The notes below the pieces were generated by a model. It ran no database searches and was not told the origin of the DNA. It saw only the letters and a program-made list of their open reading frames with translations. From NCBI GenBank assembly GCA_034780895.1, contig JAUZTB010000062.1, positions 25,163,547 to 25,227,546 on the forward strand: a stretch of 64,000 nucleotides of DNA, written 5' to 3'. The position numbers and the translations under genes are program-made. The stretch comes from Rhynchobatus australiae. Lineage: Eukaryota. This document shows, in pieces, positions 50,380 to 64,000 of the stretch (its first letter is position 1; the number at the start of each line of letters is the position of its first letter).

Positions 50380-50700
50380 TTCTTGTTAATGGGTTTTATT
50401 ACAGTTATTATAGAATAACATTGTTTTTCTGTTATTGATCAATTTGTATTATGCACTCATCCATCCGGTCCAATAAACATATAGACCAATTTTATTTCTG
50501 CTACATCAATGTTAATGCTATTTTCACTGTCCAAGATTTTGATTATTAACCTTAGGAAAAACATTTAAAAAATTAAATAGGATAAAAAGGATGACATTTA
50601 AAATACGTGAAATTAAGTAACATCTAACAGAATATGACATTTTTCCTTGGAGTAAATTAATTTCTTTTTTTCTTAATAAGTTCCTTTGTCTTCTTTGCTT
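50380..50700 (-). promoter_or_regulatory. DNMT3A: Proximal DNMT3A 3' UTR with two candidate AATAAA polyadenylation signals (50491-50496, 50395-50400)
   Basis: AT-rich, repeat-free sequence right after the TGA; plus-strand tttatt at both positions. The true 3' end cannot be determined and may lie kilobases further. Confidence 0.55.
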
Positions 50701-50865
<165 letters not shown>

Positions 50866-51012
50866 CTATTGTTCAATTACATTCTAATGAAATTTCGTTC
50901 CAATGAGGCCTGTATTGCTTTAGTATCATTAAAGCTTGCCAGTCCATGCGTTATGCAAGTAACTTGACCTAATTTCTTACTTCCACGTGAAATCTGGAAA
51001 ATTGTCGAATTT

Positions 51013-51790
51013 AGGAACATGAGAACATAAGAAATAGGAGCAGGAGTCGGCCATCTGGCCCGGCGAGCCTGCTCCACCATTCAATAAGATCGTGGCTGAC
51101 CTGGCCGAGGACTCAGATCCAACTACCTGCCTTCACCNNNNNNNNNNACCCCATAACCCTTAATTTCTCTACTATGCAGAAATCTATCTAACCATGTCTC
51201 AAATATACAGTATTTAATAAGGTAGCCTCGACTGCTTCTTTAGGCAGAGAATTGCACAGATTCTGGGAAAAGCAGTTCCTCCTCATTTCTATCCTAAATC
51301 TACTCCCCCGAATCTTGAGGCTATGTCCTCTAGTTCTAGTCTCAGCTACCAGTTGAAACAACTTTCCTGCCATTATCTTATCTAGCCCCTTCATAATTTT
51401 ATATGTTTCTATAAGATTTCATCTCATCCTTCTGAATTCCAGTGAGTACAGTCCCAGGCAACTTAATCTCTCCTCACAGGCTAACATCCTCATATCTGGA
51501 ATCAAACTGGTGAACCTCCTCTGCACTGCCTCCAAAGCCAGTACATCTTTTCTCAAGTAATGAGACCAGAACTGCACACAGCACTCCAGATGTGGCCTCC
51601 CCAGTACCCTGTCAGTTGCAGTATGACCTCCCTGCTCTTAAATACAATCCCTCTCGCAATGAAGGTGAACATTCTATTTGCCTTCTTGATAACCTGTTGC
51701 ACCAGCAAACCAACCTTTTCCAATTCATGCACCAGAACTCCCAAGTCCCTCTGCACAACAGCATGCTGCAATCCTTCACCATTTAAATTA
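51013..51790 (-). mobile_element. CR1-clade LINE 3' end inside the last DNMT3A intron
   Basis: ORFs 51188-51394 (ETRTRGHSLKIRGSRFRIEMRRNCFSQ) and 51553-51771 (QRDLGVLVHE...QQVIKKANRM); tail aacatgagaacataagaa. Confidence 0.95.
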
Positions 51791-52834
51791 TAAGAGATTT
51801 AAACAAAGATTTTTTTATCACTTCAAGGAGCTGGTTTTGGAGTTCAGATGACAAAGTAGTCAAGCTATTCTATATCGTATGCTCCCAACTGAATATTACA
51901 TAAACTAATATAATAGAGAATATTTTTATTCCTTCCTTACACGTATTCAGATTATAACATAAAATAATGACCAAAACTCAACCCATTCTTTTCTGTTTTT
52001 CATTTTGTTGGACTAAAATATAACTTTTGCTGCAAGCTGCAATTTGTCAATGCATTTATGATTGTTCTTTCTGGCATCTGTGCATTGAAAATAAATAGAG
52101 GCTTGAAAAGTCTGCACAAAAAAACAGCCCTTCAACCTTTGTACTTACAAACTACCGCACTGTGCTTTGTCTTGCTTTCTAATCTGAAACCCTTGACTGC
52201 GTTGGTGTCTCCAAAATCCATGACAAAATTTCCAATAAATTCCTGTTTAAGTCACCTTAATCTGCTACTGTCCTATAAAAGCAATGATATTAGCCTTCTC
52301 AGTAACATCTGCCATTGTGACCACAGTGTTGGATCTTCCTTCTCTTCTCTGTAGTCCTTGACACAAACACCATAAAGTTCCTTTGCAAATTCAGTTGTCT
52401 ATTATCCCTGGCTTGGTTCCACTCTTTTCCTTTCAATCATTGTCAGATAATTTACAGCAGAGGCTTCTCTTCCTGCACACTATGTTAACGCTGGAGCTCT
52501 AAAATGGTCTATCATTGGCCTTCTTGTCATGCCCAAGTTGTGATTACACATCCAAAGAAGAGGGGTTAGCCTCTCTACATATGTTACAGTGAGGAATGGT
52601 GGTGACATCATTGATTCGGAATTTTGGTAAGGTGGTAGGAGACATATAATTAACATGTGGGAATAGTGCAATGAAGTTATTATAGTGTAGGGAGGAAGCC
52701 ATATAACAGTGGAGGAGAAATGGGATGGATTGGAGAAACCTTATCCTCTTGAACCTTGCATGGATGGTGAGTTAATGTTTGTGACTTTCAGGAGAAATAC
52801 ACACTGGGGAGGGAACTATCATATTTCATAAATA

Positions 52835-52925
52835 AAAAGGTCTAGGACCAAAAACATTAACTGTTCTTTTCTTAACCTGCTGAGTGTTTCAGTTTTTATT
52901 TCAGATTTCCAGCATATGTAGTTCT
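52835..52925 (+). mobile_element. Fragment of the older Penelope-like element
   Basis: aaaaggtctaggaccaaaaacattaactg...acctgctgagtgtttc...tttcagatttccagcata. Confidence 0.6.
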
Positions 52926-54144
52926 CTTTTAATTTTTATTATCTAATTCTTCTGGTTTGGTTGCTAGCTGACCTGCATCTATTCAAAAAACCTGAGCATT
53001 GCAGGGCTTCAGCTGATTGTTTGAGATGGCCACCTATTCCCATGAAAAAGAGTGGGAATTTTAGCAGTGGAATCAACATCCGTACAGAGTGGGGGCCAAT
53101 TAATCCACTCCATGCTCATTGTCCATTCCATGCTCAAAAAACAAGTCTAAGTATATTAAGTTCTATCCGAGCTAGCCCAAGCATAGTAATGTTTGATAGT
53201 TCATTTGATTTGAAGCAAATTCGTCAATTTTCTATATTTTTCTGCCACTGACAAGAAAAATAAAGGACAGGCTATTTTTGATTTACCAGTTCATGCAATT
53301 AGCATGCTGTACATAAATTCAGAAAGTGGCCCATTAAAGCATGTAATTCTCTAATGTGTGGCACTTTCATTGATAACATCATGTTATAAATCAAATTCAG
53401 GCATTTGAAGCACATATGCAGCTCACGAAGTACGATTGTGACTGAAATAGACCAAGGTCCAGGTTGTTTAACTGATGATTGGGAATTCATACGAGAGAAC
53501 CATCATGGCAGTGGAAAAGAGAGATCTGAAAGAGAGTCACCAGCAGCTAAAACCAGTGTAGATTGAATTGGAGAAATGAAACGGTTGCAAAATAACAGTG
53601 GGAGTCTTTTATCATCTTGAGCATCCTGATATAAAATGAAGAATGTGCATGCAGATCAGGGAGCAATGAAAGTAGAAAACAATATGACAGTAATGGTTGA
53701 TTTTAACNNNNNNNNNNNNNNNNNNNNNNNNNNNNNNNNNNNNNNNNNNNNNNNNNNNNNNNNNNNNNNNNNNNNNNNNNNNNNNNNNNNNNNNNNNNNN
53801 NNNNNNNATTACTTTCTATTAAAATAATTAAATTATTTTAATTAGGGGTATTTCTTACAATTTATACAAGAACTTTAAAAAGTTTGTCAAAGCAAAAGCT
53901 TTAATTATTAAAGACCAGTTTGTTTAAAGAGCTATCTACAACAGGTAAGACATTATTTGTTTATATCATTTACACAGAACCACATTTCAAGTTGCTGAAA
54001 TATCCCTTTAATGCATCCATTAACGATGGTTATAATGTGAAATACACTGATCTAATTGAAGAGTTTGTTTTTCCAGATTATGCAATGAATCTAATAGATA
54101 GCAACTTGGCTGATACTCAATACAACTGAGTCATAAAGTTAGAA

Positions 54145-56600
54145 ATATAAAAAGATAGAGAATAGGAATACAATATGGACATTCAGCCCTTCGGACCTGT
54201 TTCCTTATTCAACACAGTCATAGCTGATCCAATCTAACTACCATATTCCCATTCCTTCCTCATGCCTCTTGCTGCTCTTTGTGCCTAGAAATCAATCTAG
54301 TCAAAGAGTAACACAGCTCAGAAACAGGCCCTTCAGCCCATTGAGTCCAGGATGACCATCATTTTACACTCATTTATACCAATCCTACACTGATCCCATT
54401 TTATTCTTCCCCTATTCCCACCAGATTCTAAAGTTCACTGCACCTTAGGGGCAATATACAGGGCCAATTAACAGACCAACTCACATGACTTCTTAAATGT
54501 ATTTAGTGCCTTCTATACCTTCAGTGGTAGAGGTGTCTACAGGTTCATCACCTTCAGAGTGAAGAAAGTTCTCTTCATCCCAGTCCCAAATGTTTTACCC
54601 CGTATCCTGCGACTGTGGCTCTTGTTCTTGATTCCAACTTCAGCCCCCATCCCGACCCCCACCTCCTACCCATCTTTCTGCCACCACAACCAGTCTGTCT
54701 GTCCTGACAGAATTCTGTATACTTCAATGATATTCCCATTCATTCTTTTACACTCTAGTGAATACAGGCCGAGGCAACTGTTTGTCCTCAGTCCGGCCAT
54801 CCCAGGCATGAGTCTGGTGAACCTTCTCTGCACTCCATCTGTGGCCAGTATATCCTTTCTTAGGTAAAGATCAAAACTGTACACAACACTGAGTGTGATC
54901 TCACAAAGGCCCAATAGAATATACCAAGATATCCTTGCTCCTATATCCTAAACCTTTCAAAATGAAAGGCGTCAGACCATCTACCTTCTTAAGAGTTTGC
55001 TGCACCTGCATGCTTGATTTCAGTGACTGGTGTACAAGGGCACATGGATCAACATTTCCTAATATATCACCATTTAAATATCATGCTGTCTTTTTGTTTT
55101 TCCGACAGAACTGGATANNNNNNNNNNNNNNNNNNNNNNNNNNNNNNNNNNNNNNNNNNNNNNNNNNNNNNNNNNNNNNNNNNNNNNNNNNNNNNNNNNN
55201 NNNNNNNNNNNNNNNNNAGAACTGGATAACCTCGCATTTACCCGAGTTATATTGCATTTACCATGTACTTCCCACTCAGTCAATTTGTCTAAATCATTTT
55301 GAATCCTCTTTGTGTCCTCCTCACTACTTATGATCCCACGCAGTCCTGAAAAATATTGCATTTGGTTCCCTCATCCAAACCATTGAAGTACATTGTGAAT
55401 ATTTAGGGTCCAGGCAATATACCTGTGCTGCACCATTAATTACCCCCTGCCACCCCACAAAAGTCTCTTTTATTCCTATTCTGTTTCCTGTCTGTTAACC
55501 AATGGTTAATCCGTACCAGTATATTATCCCCAATCCCATCTGTTCTGTTTTGCACACTAACCTCTGATGTACAATTTTATCAAAGGTGTTCAAAAATACA
55601 CCGCACCTACTGGTTATCCCTTATCTATTTGACCAGTTGCATTCTCAAAAATCTCCAGCTGATTAATTAAACACAATTTCCCTTCAATGAATCTGTTAAC
55701 AATCTAATCCTGTTGATATTTTCTAAGTGTCCTGTAAATTATGTTCTCAATAGTAGGCTTTAACATTTTTCCTACTACTGATGTCGTCCTTTTTTCTCTC
55801 TCCCTCTTTTTTTTCTTTTAAATAACAGTGTTACATTTTCCATCTTCCAGTCTACTGGAACTATTCCTTAATCCATAAAATTCTGAAAGAGGGCATCCAA
55901 TGCATCCACTTTTAGTACTCTGGGATGCAGGTTATCAGACCCTTGGGATTTATCAGCTTTCAATGCTATTGATTTCTCCAGTTCTATTTCATTACTAATA
56001 CTATATTCCTTTAGTTCCTCCATTTCCTCTGCCTCTTGATTCCCTAACATTTCTGGGAAGGTATAGAACATAGAACAGTACAAACCGTGTAGTGTTCCTT
56101 TACATTTGAACTCCCAAAGTGCAACACTTCACATTTGGCCAGATTAAACTCCATTTGCCATTTTCCCACCCATATTTGCAACTGATCTGTATCCTGCTGT
56201 ATCCTTTGGCAATCTTCTACACTATCCACAACACCACCAATCTTTGTATTGTCTGTGAACTTAAGAACCAACCCATCCACATTTTCATCCAGGTCACTTA
56301 TATATATCACAAACAGCAGAAGTCCCAGGACAGATCCCTGCGGAACACCAGTAGTCACAGAGCTCCAACCAAAATAATTCTCATCGACCATTACCCTCTG
56401 TCTTCTATATTTGTATCCTCTTCTGTCAAGACAGAACCAAAATGTTTGCTTTGCCATTTCTTTGTTCCCTATTATATATAACTCTTGCTCATTTATTGCT
56501 GAATTCTCAAATGTTCCCAATTCTCAGGCCTGCTTCTTCTTCTGGCAACTTATATACCATTGTTTTGGATCTCATATCATCCTTAGTTTATCTTATAAGC
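54145..56600 (-). mobile_element. Nested CR1-clade LINEs (older copy with a SINE tail at about 54310-54490 and a younger RT fragment at about 56065-56400)
   Basis: ORF 56044-56520: GVPQGSVLGLLLFVIYISDLDENVDGLVLKFTDNTKIGG...WQMEFNLAKCEVLHFG. ORF 55868: LKADKSQGSDNLHPRVLK. ORF 54666: VQRRFTRLMPGMAGL. Confidence 0.93.
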
Positions 56601-56724
56601 TTTTGTGTGGTTGTATTTTTTTTATTTTGGACTTCTGCTGCAGAAAGGAATGTATTACTGTTCCAGTTCCTGGATTTATTCTTAAATGCAAAATATTTGG
56701 AGTTTAAGCCCAACTCTGTCACAT

Positions 56725-56880
56725 GAGCAATTGAGGCTGATACCTCAGTGTTCTAATGAGAAGATGCCTACAGCTGAAGGTGGAAGCCTTCAGATGAGAG
56801 GCTGAACTGAATTCATGCATGCTGGCATTAAAGATTCCACCTTACTGATCCACTGGCCATACTCTTGCTTTAAACAAAAG
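56725..56880 (+). mobile_element. Possible Deu-domain SINE fragment
   Basis: aggctgatacctcagtg...gaaggtggaagccttcagatgagaggctgaactga loosely resembles the recalled DeuSINE body. Confidence 0.4.
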
Positions 56881-58149
56881 AATAAAACAAAATTACCATT
56901 CCCTAGCAAAAATTTTTCTATCAACTGTTGATCAGAAATGGTAATGATAGTAATAGTGCTATATAAATGTATATTTGATAAAAACAGTTTCAAATAATAT
57001 GTTTGAACTGTTTTGGCATTGCTTTGACTGTGAAAAAGGTTCTTGATTAAGGACATGTTCATCATACCCATTCCACAGCATCCAGGTGTCTATCCTTTAA
57101 TGACGATATATGTTCATCAGTAAAATGTGAATTACATCTTAAGTGGAGAAGCTGCATCAAGAGAATGACATTCATTTTATGGACCTCTGTGCAGAAATAC
57201 ACTTCTTAAATTTGGATCTAAGTGGAGCAACAAATGGACAGCTATTATTTCAAGCAGGTAGCATTAGGTTCAGAGTTAATGCTGTCTGACAAAATGCCTA
57301 CATTATGGCGATGCATATTTTGAGGAAGATATAAAGGAAGGGCCCCTTGCCAGAAGTGATTTTTTTTTATTAAGGAGTTGAAACACTGAGAAAGGAGCTG
57401 ATAATTGTAATGTCAATCTTCTTCTCTGACTCAACTTGAAAGTCAATATGTGGATGGTGTTTGATGTAGAAATGGTATGAATATGGATACAAAGATATTG
57501 AACCTGTCTGAGTTATTTTTATTGATGACATTCAGAACCTGAATTAATGGTAACATCCAATTTTTAGGATAAGTGAGGGATTTTTGTTTTAAAGACACAA
57601 ATTGTTTCTTTCAGCTGGTCATAGTTGTGTCCCAATGTTGAGCAAAGAGCAAGCTCACAGAGAACCCAAATACAGCACACTGGTACAAGACTGGAGTCAG
57701 GATACTTCCNNNNNNNNNNNNNNNNNNNNNNNNNNNNNNNNNNNNNNNNNNNNNNNNNNNNNNNNNNNNNNNNNNNNNNNNNNNNNNNNNNNNNNNNNNN
57801 NNNNNNNNNAACCACTCTAAGCAACTAGGAGCCAAAGTACCCAAAGGCAGACCAATACTCTGGCAACTAGTGCTAGAGAAACCCAGATACTTATGCTAGG
57901 CCCCTGATGGGGCTCGGGTGTGTGTCATTATGTAATCAGTCCAGCATGGAATCCATGTGCTGGACAACAAGCCATTAAAGAAGCAAAATTGAAGGCTGGA
58001 ACTCAGAACCATGACAAGTTGGATTTTCAGAAGATAGGAAGCCAGTCATCATATTTCAGGATGATATGCTTTCAAATTGTGTTTTAAACCACTGGAGCCT
58101 CATATCATTTTCTAACATTTAGCAGCATTTAACAGCAGAACTCTCAGAT

Positions 58150-58660
58150 ATTGTCTTTAATGTAGCAAAAGCATCCCAGGGGGCTTGGCAGGTATATTAT
58201 CAAACAAAATTTAACTGCAAGCCTCTAAAGTTGATATAGGATGGATGACATAAACCTTAATCAAGGAATTAGGATTTAAGGCTTTCCTTAAAGGAGGAAA
58301 GGGGTAAAAATATGAAGAGATTTAGAGAGGCTCTACCAAACTCTAGGCTCTTGGCAGTTTAAGGGATGTTTGATAATCAGGAATGTGTAAGAAACCAGAA
58401 TGACAGGAGTGGAGAAATCTCAGAAGTTTATAGGATTGGAAGAAGATATTGGCGACGCCAAGTGAAAGCCCATGCAGGCATTTGAAAATGAGGAAGGGAA
58501 TTTTATATATGGGGTATTGCCAGATTGGGAGCCAACATAGGTGGACATGTATAGGATTGATGGATAAATAGGAAGGAGTACATGAGTGTTTGTACAGCAG
58601 ATCTTTCAATGAGCTCAAGTTTATAGAGGGTAGAACATGGAATGCAACTAAAATTCCCAG
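58150..58660 (-). mobile_element. L2-clade LINE 3' end
   Basis: ORF 58343-58711: SINPIHVHLCWLPIWQYPIYKIPFLIFKCLHGLS, similar to L2 HITPVL..LHWLPV..RI.FKIL.L.FK.LHGLA. Confidence 0.85.
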
Positions 58661-59789
58661 TTTCCCCCCTCTCTGTGTGCCAAGACATGCCCAGTATCCA
58701 GAAATGGCCATTATTGCATTTTACCCTGGAAGAAAAGATGACTTCTAATTGTACATTGTTGAATGAGAACAGCATTATGAATCTGAATATCAGAGCACAC
58801 ATATTTAACCGAAACATAGGGAAGATTTTGGAGGAACAGTAGATCAGTAAAAAATGATAAAACCCTCCTAATCATTTTGTTAAATTGTGTACGTGAAGTT
58901 GCTGTCCAATTTACATTATAACATTAATGAATGCTGTTAGCCTCATTCTTGGTCCTTCCCAAAATCCATGCTATTCCGAGCATGTGCCATGTTTCCTTTA
59001 AATTGGAAAATGGCACAATGACGGTATCTTCAGGAAATTTGAACAAGTCAGTTCTCTTTCATTTGTATTTTCTGGGCAGCAAGTTTCACAATAATATTCA
59101 GCATTTGGTCATTAAGTTAAATGAGCCAGTACACACAGTGTCCTCTTATCTTCCCCTCATTTTTCAGAGAGCACTCCACAGCTTGACAAGTGCACCAAAG
59201 TATGACAGTCCCTGTCTTATATACATTTAGTTGCCTCAGTTAGTATTAGTTGTTCATTTCTTTAGTTCTGTGAGTTAGATGGTGAATAGTTTCCTTACTC
59301 TTGAAGGTTTATTGCATATTAAGGAACTGAAAATTTTTCTCCTTAAGGTCACTAGACTTCATTGGATTGCTTTATTTTTCTTAGAATGGGTCTAAGGTTT
59401 TACATGACCTTTTTGACAGATTTTTTAACAGGGATGTCTTTGAATTGAATTCCAGAGACAATCCTGCAAGACATTTATCAGCAAAAATATGCTTCCCTCT
59501 GATGAACTGAGTCTTCTTGCAGCTGAAGCTAAACATCCTGCTTAGCTGAACACAATTAGTTCTGAGGTAAAATACATTTGTGCAGGTGCAGATAGCAAAG
59601 CTTAGATTCTTGACCACACTTGACCAAGATTAAATTCATGGACCACTAAGCTGGATTCAGATTTACTGAGCACTGGCAGCTGATAGATGGCCAGATTGTT
59701 GTCATTTTCATAGCTTTAATGAAAGGATCTTTCATCATTAAAAGGTTCTATTTTGCACAATGGGTATGTTGGTGAGTTATGGGTCATTC

Positions 59790-60225
59790 TTTCTTTTTCA
59801 ATCTTTTTTATTAATTTTCAAATTAATACAGAATAATACATATAACATCAGTGATTATATACATGATACAAAGAGCTCAATACAGATTGGTATATAGCAT
59901 CAAAGTATTACAAAGAGATCTGGATATCACTCAAGTCTTAGATAATCATACAATAAAATATAAAAAAAAACAAGGTCCAGCAATTTCTTAGTTAATGAAT
60001 AGAGTATAAAAGAAAGGAAGGAAAAAGATTTATTGTATGAATTAAAAAAAAGAAAAAGAAACCCCAAATCAATATATTAAAAAATCATAAACAATGTAAA
60101 TTAAACTAAGCAAACAAAAATAGAAAAAAAACCAAAGAAAAACTGGGCCAAAATTTGTCAATAGAAACAGAGCAAATGATGTCATCAACTCCATTCCTCT
60201 AAATTAGATATCTATTGTATGATTA
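59790..60225 (-). mobile_element. A-rich segment, probable 3' UTR of an L1/Tx1-type element
   Basis: Begins ttctttttcaatcttttttatt (reverse: AATAAA plus A-tail); strongly skewed composition up to the N gap. Confidence 0.45.
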
Positions 60226-63039
60226 NNNNNNNNNNNNNNNNNNNNNNNNNNNNNNNNNNNNNNNNNNNNNNNNNNNNNNNNNNNNNNNNNNNNNNNNNNN
60301 NNNNNNNNNNNNNNNNNNNNNNNNNGGTGCATCATGGTGTAATGAATGACCTGATGCCTCTTCATAAAGACACCACCAAAGTCTCTTCCACCCAGCTCCT
60401 TGAGGTTTATGGCTTTGGAATACATTCATACATGTTAATTTTGGATTGTATGATCCTTTCTACTATCACCTCCCTCTTTTCATTTCGAGTTTCCGTAAAT
60501 ACAGCAAAATAAACTTAAGTCTGATGGGCAGCCTAGAGCTTTGTAACCAACCAATGATTTTTTTCATATTTGAACTGTTGTTGACATGTCACAAAAATTA
60601 AATAAATAAGTAAACAATTAATGTTTCAATTAATAAAAAAGCAGCTTACATCTTTCAGCTTTCTGAAGAATATTTCTTCAATTTGTGTGTTAAGCATGAA
60701 TTCTATCCTAACTGCTATTAATTTTCATTTATTTTATCAAATTATATAACTGTTCAGTAGCTATTACCAATTTTCATTGTAATTGTTTCATTCGAGTTGA
60801 CAGGTTGCCAAACTTTGTCTGAATTAAGTGACATTCTGTTCCCCTACTGTACACTGTTTGATCTTACTTGCACAATTCTCACACATGCCTGACAATCCTC
60901 ATCAGTGTCAAAACTCTGATGAATGAAACTTGGATTTATAGGCCCTGTGATTATTTGTTTTGGATAATTCTTTTTGATTGGTCTTAATGCAAGCTCACTC
61001 ATGTAGGAGGTAACTATTACAACAGTTGACCTGCCATTTCATTTAAGAGATCTTTATTTTCTTTCATAATTCACTTTGGAGTTCAATTATGTTGAAGACT
61101 GATACCATGACTGAACTGAAAACACTGAGCAGTATGGCAGTATCTTTGGGAAGAACTCGGAAGGTAATGTGTCTAGTTTCTTCCTGCACTGGAAACATTA
61201 ACTCGTCAGTACTCCCAAAAGCTGCTCCTTGAGAGTGGTCCTGATCCCAGCATTTTCTCATCTATTTATTGCGCATGTAATCATTTTGGTTTATAATTAA
61301 AATGAAGTTAATTGCAATACAGGCACATACCATTTACAGCACAGAAGCAGATCCTCTTGGTCTATTAGTTGTTTCACACCACACACATTTTTCCCAATCC
61401 TGTCATCCTACCCTTATATTCCTTTCTCCGTCCTGTTCTTATCTTACTTCTCTTCAAATGAAGCTATGCTATTGCAACATACTGTAAAAAAAGACTTAAG
61501 AAAGGGGGAATGAGTAGGATTGAAACAAGGAATGTAATAATTCTTGTTTATTTGGTACCCTGCCCTGCATTACCTTTTTCTGTGATGTTATCAGTTGGAA
61601 ATTACCAGTGAGCATCTTGGCTAATTTTCCCCATGCTAAAGCAGAACGGTGGTGGCGTGTAGCAAGAAAAATTGTTTTGCTGCTCCTTTCAGAAGTGATA
61701 TCAATTAACACAAGTGTGGTGTTCAGACCTGATACCTTCCTAGGTTTGTATAACTCATATCCTTAGCAGAGAAACTTGATACTGGCAACCTCAAAACAGC
61801 ATATGCAAAGGTTTGCACCACTCCATATGTATTTGCACACAGGCCAGCTGTGCAAAAACTAGGCAACAAATGGTGCATCAAAAGAGCATTGAAGAAAGTT
61901 GTCAAGTCAGCAATCTGTGATTTTTTATGTGACTGAAAATTAAAGGAAAACCTGGATGGCATTTGAACTCGAACTCACATTTTCACTTTTTTAACAGTTG
62001 GCAAGCACACTAAATCTAGATTAGATGCATTTTCAGATTCCTAGATAATAAAAGAAATGGTGTTTATTTTGAATAATATACTCTGTTTCTGAATCCTTTC
62101 AGTGTTAAGATCTTCCAGGTTTCTGGCTGCACCACCAAGTGGGATGTGGCAAACTTTGGGGCAATTGGGGGCTGATCGTTTTGTATTCACCATCAATCTG
62201 TTTTGGGAGATAAAAATAATGAGGATTTTTTTTTAAGTTGCACCTTATCTGGGTCAGGACAAAGATGAGCATTCCAAAGGAAACAAGTGAGGCTCAATTT
62301 TAAGTTGCAATGTCAGAATTATATTGATTTTAGTTAAACATTCATTAACATGTCAGATGAAGGAAAAACAACATTGATTTCAAATAATACATAATTTACT
62401 TTAATCAACTTGATTTTTGTAGTCAGAGGCAAATGAATGGTGGTAGCATCTGCCACATTTATACTTGCCCATGCTGTCATTTTACCCGATTGTCCCGAAG
62501 TTATGGTTATAAAACTACAGGGGTTCAGGGGTTCAGGAATCTTTATATCTTGTTTAACCAAAGAGATTTTAAGAACTCTCATGAGATATGCAGGGACTGA
62601 ACCAGACAGTGTAGAAGAATAACTAATTCAATGCCAAATTAAATACCTAAAGCAAAATAAAGAGAGGGAAAATAAAACAGGATCAAGAGTAAAAGAAATA
62701 GGAAAATAAAAAAAAGTTTTTCAAAGGTAAGTTGCTGTCAATTTTCTATGTAATTCTGGAGCGTGTTGATCATCTCTCTCATTTATAATTTTGGAAAGAG
62801 AAATAGAGTTATGATGCTAAGTGTTTCCAACATTTTCTATGGACACACTGTGCCATAGTTTCTGTCTAACTTAAGTCATTAGTGTAAGTTCCAAATAGCT
62901 GAATACACAGTACTGATCCCTGAAGCACCCCTCCCTGACAAACTGAAAAATGGGCTTTTTTTTTAAACTGCTTAGCCAATTTGCTATTCATGCTGATATG
63001 TTACTTTAACAACAAGAGTCCTTTAATTATGCAACAACC

Positions 63040-63315
63040 TTTTATGTGGTATTTTTATCAAATACCTTTTGAAATAGATCTATTATTTCCTTCTCATGTA
63101 TTCATTAAATAAGTTTATTCTTAGGTTTTCCAAATATGATATTTCCTTCATAAAACAATTTTGGCATTGCCCAATCATATTTTGATTTTCTATATCATTT
63201 TACTTCATCCTTAACAATGGATTCCAGCATTTTACTGACAACAGGAGTCAGACTAATTAGTCTATGGTTTCCCACTTTTTTTATTTTCTCTTTTATAAAA
63301 GGCAGGGATGAGAGT
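63040..63315 (-). mobile_element. Decayed CR1 RT fragment
   Basis: tcaaataccttttgaaa (DFQKAFD-like) and gtcagactaattagtctatggtttcc (GNYRPISLT-like). Confidence 0.7.
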
Positions 63316-64000
63316 GATATTTAAGTCATTGTACAGAAAGCTAGATAAAGACTTTGGTGAACAAATGCCACTTTAATACCAGGGCACAAGCTCAATAAAT
63401 ATTATATTAAAAATATGCAAGTTATGACATGATCTTCTGAGTGAATGAAAGACTGTAGAGGTTATACAGTAGCAATAAAGTCTTAAAACTCAAGTAATTC
63501 TGATTGAACAAATCTTAGCTTTTATGTAAACCCTTGCAGCAAGAACAGTGAATAATTAGTTGAAGATAATGGTAAATCTTTGAAGTTTATTTGTAATCAG
63601 CTAAGACCACAATTGTTTATTTTGTGGAGGTAACATTTCTGATAAAAATTATCTCCACAATTAAAATGGATGCATAGAAATCATATTTAACATTGAGATT
63701 CTGTAGAATTTTTGTTTAATATCTTATGGATCCTAAACTTGTATTGCCAAATCTTGTTGATAATCCAACTAATTCTGCTTTCCAACCTGCTGTCAACTGT
63801 GTTATTTTGTGATATTAAAAAATTCCTTAAGACCAAAGTACAATATAAATTTCATACATCAAGGAAGAGGAAGAAAAATAAAGAACTACATAGTAAGACA
63901 AAAAAAGAGTAAAAACTTCTGAAGGATAATCACAATTGGTACAGTTTTTACATTTCAAAGAAAAAAGACCCTCAACAGTAAGAGCTGTTGGAAGTAAAAT

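Noticed and set aside
61064-61261. Minus-strand 65-aa ORF as an upstream DNMT3A exon
   Set aside because: No similarity to the DNMT3A catalytic-domain sequence in the frame examined.

Overview
Eukaryotic, AT-rich, CpG-depleted vertebrate DNA with 15 assembly gaps. Its repeats (tRNA-headed V-SINEs with CR1 tails, Deu-domain SINEs, many CR1/L2/RTE LINE fragments) point to a cartilaginous fish; this is inference. The only firmly identified host-gene sequence is the last coding exon of DNMT3A on the minus strand (50701-50842). It is preceded by more than 13 kb of repeat-filled intron and followed by its 3' UTR and about 50 kb of apparently intergenic DNA. Most ORF-track entries are spurious or LINE-derived. 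Signals worth following up: (1) a family of short retro-insertions with 15-17 bp target-site duplications, fold-back arms and a minimal Penelope-type hammerhead ribozyme core; (2) a decayed, intron-containing Harbinger-type Myb/SANT gene at about 3570-5150; (3) a 79-nt pre-miRNA-like hairpin at 31797-31875; (4) a triple T-box-like motif able to form alternative hairpins at 40924-40982; (5) several minus-strand exon-like segments, including a 75-aa small ORF. All repeat family names come from recalled motifs, not database searches, and repeat boundaries are approximate.
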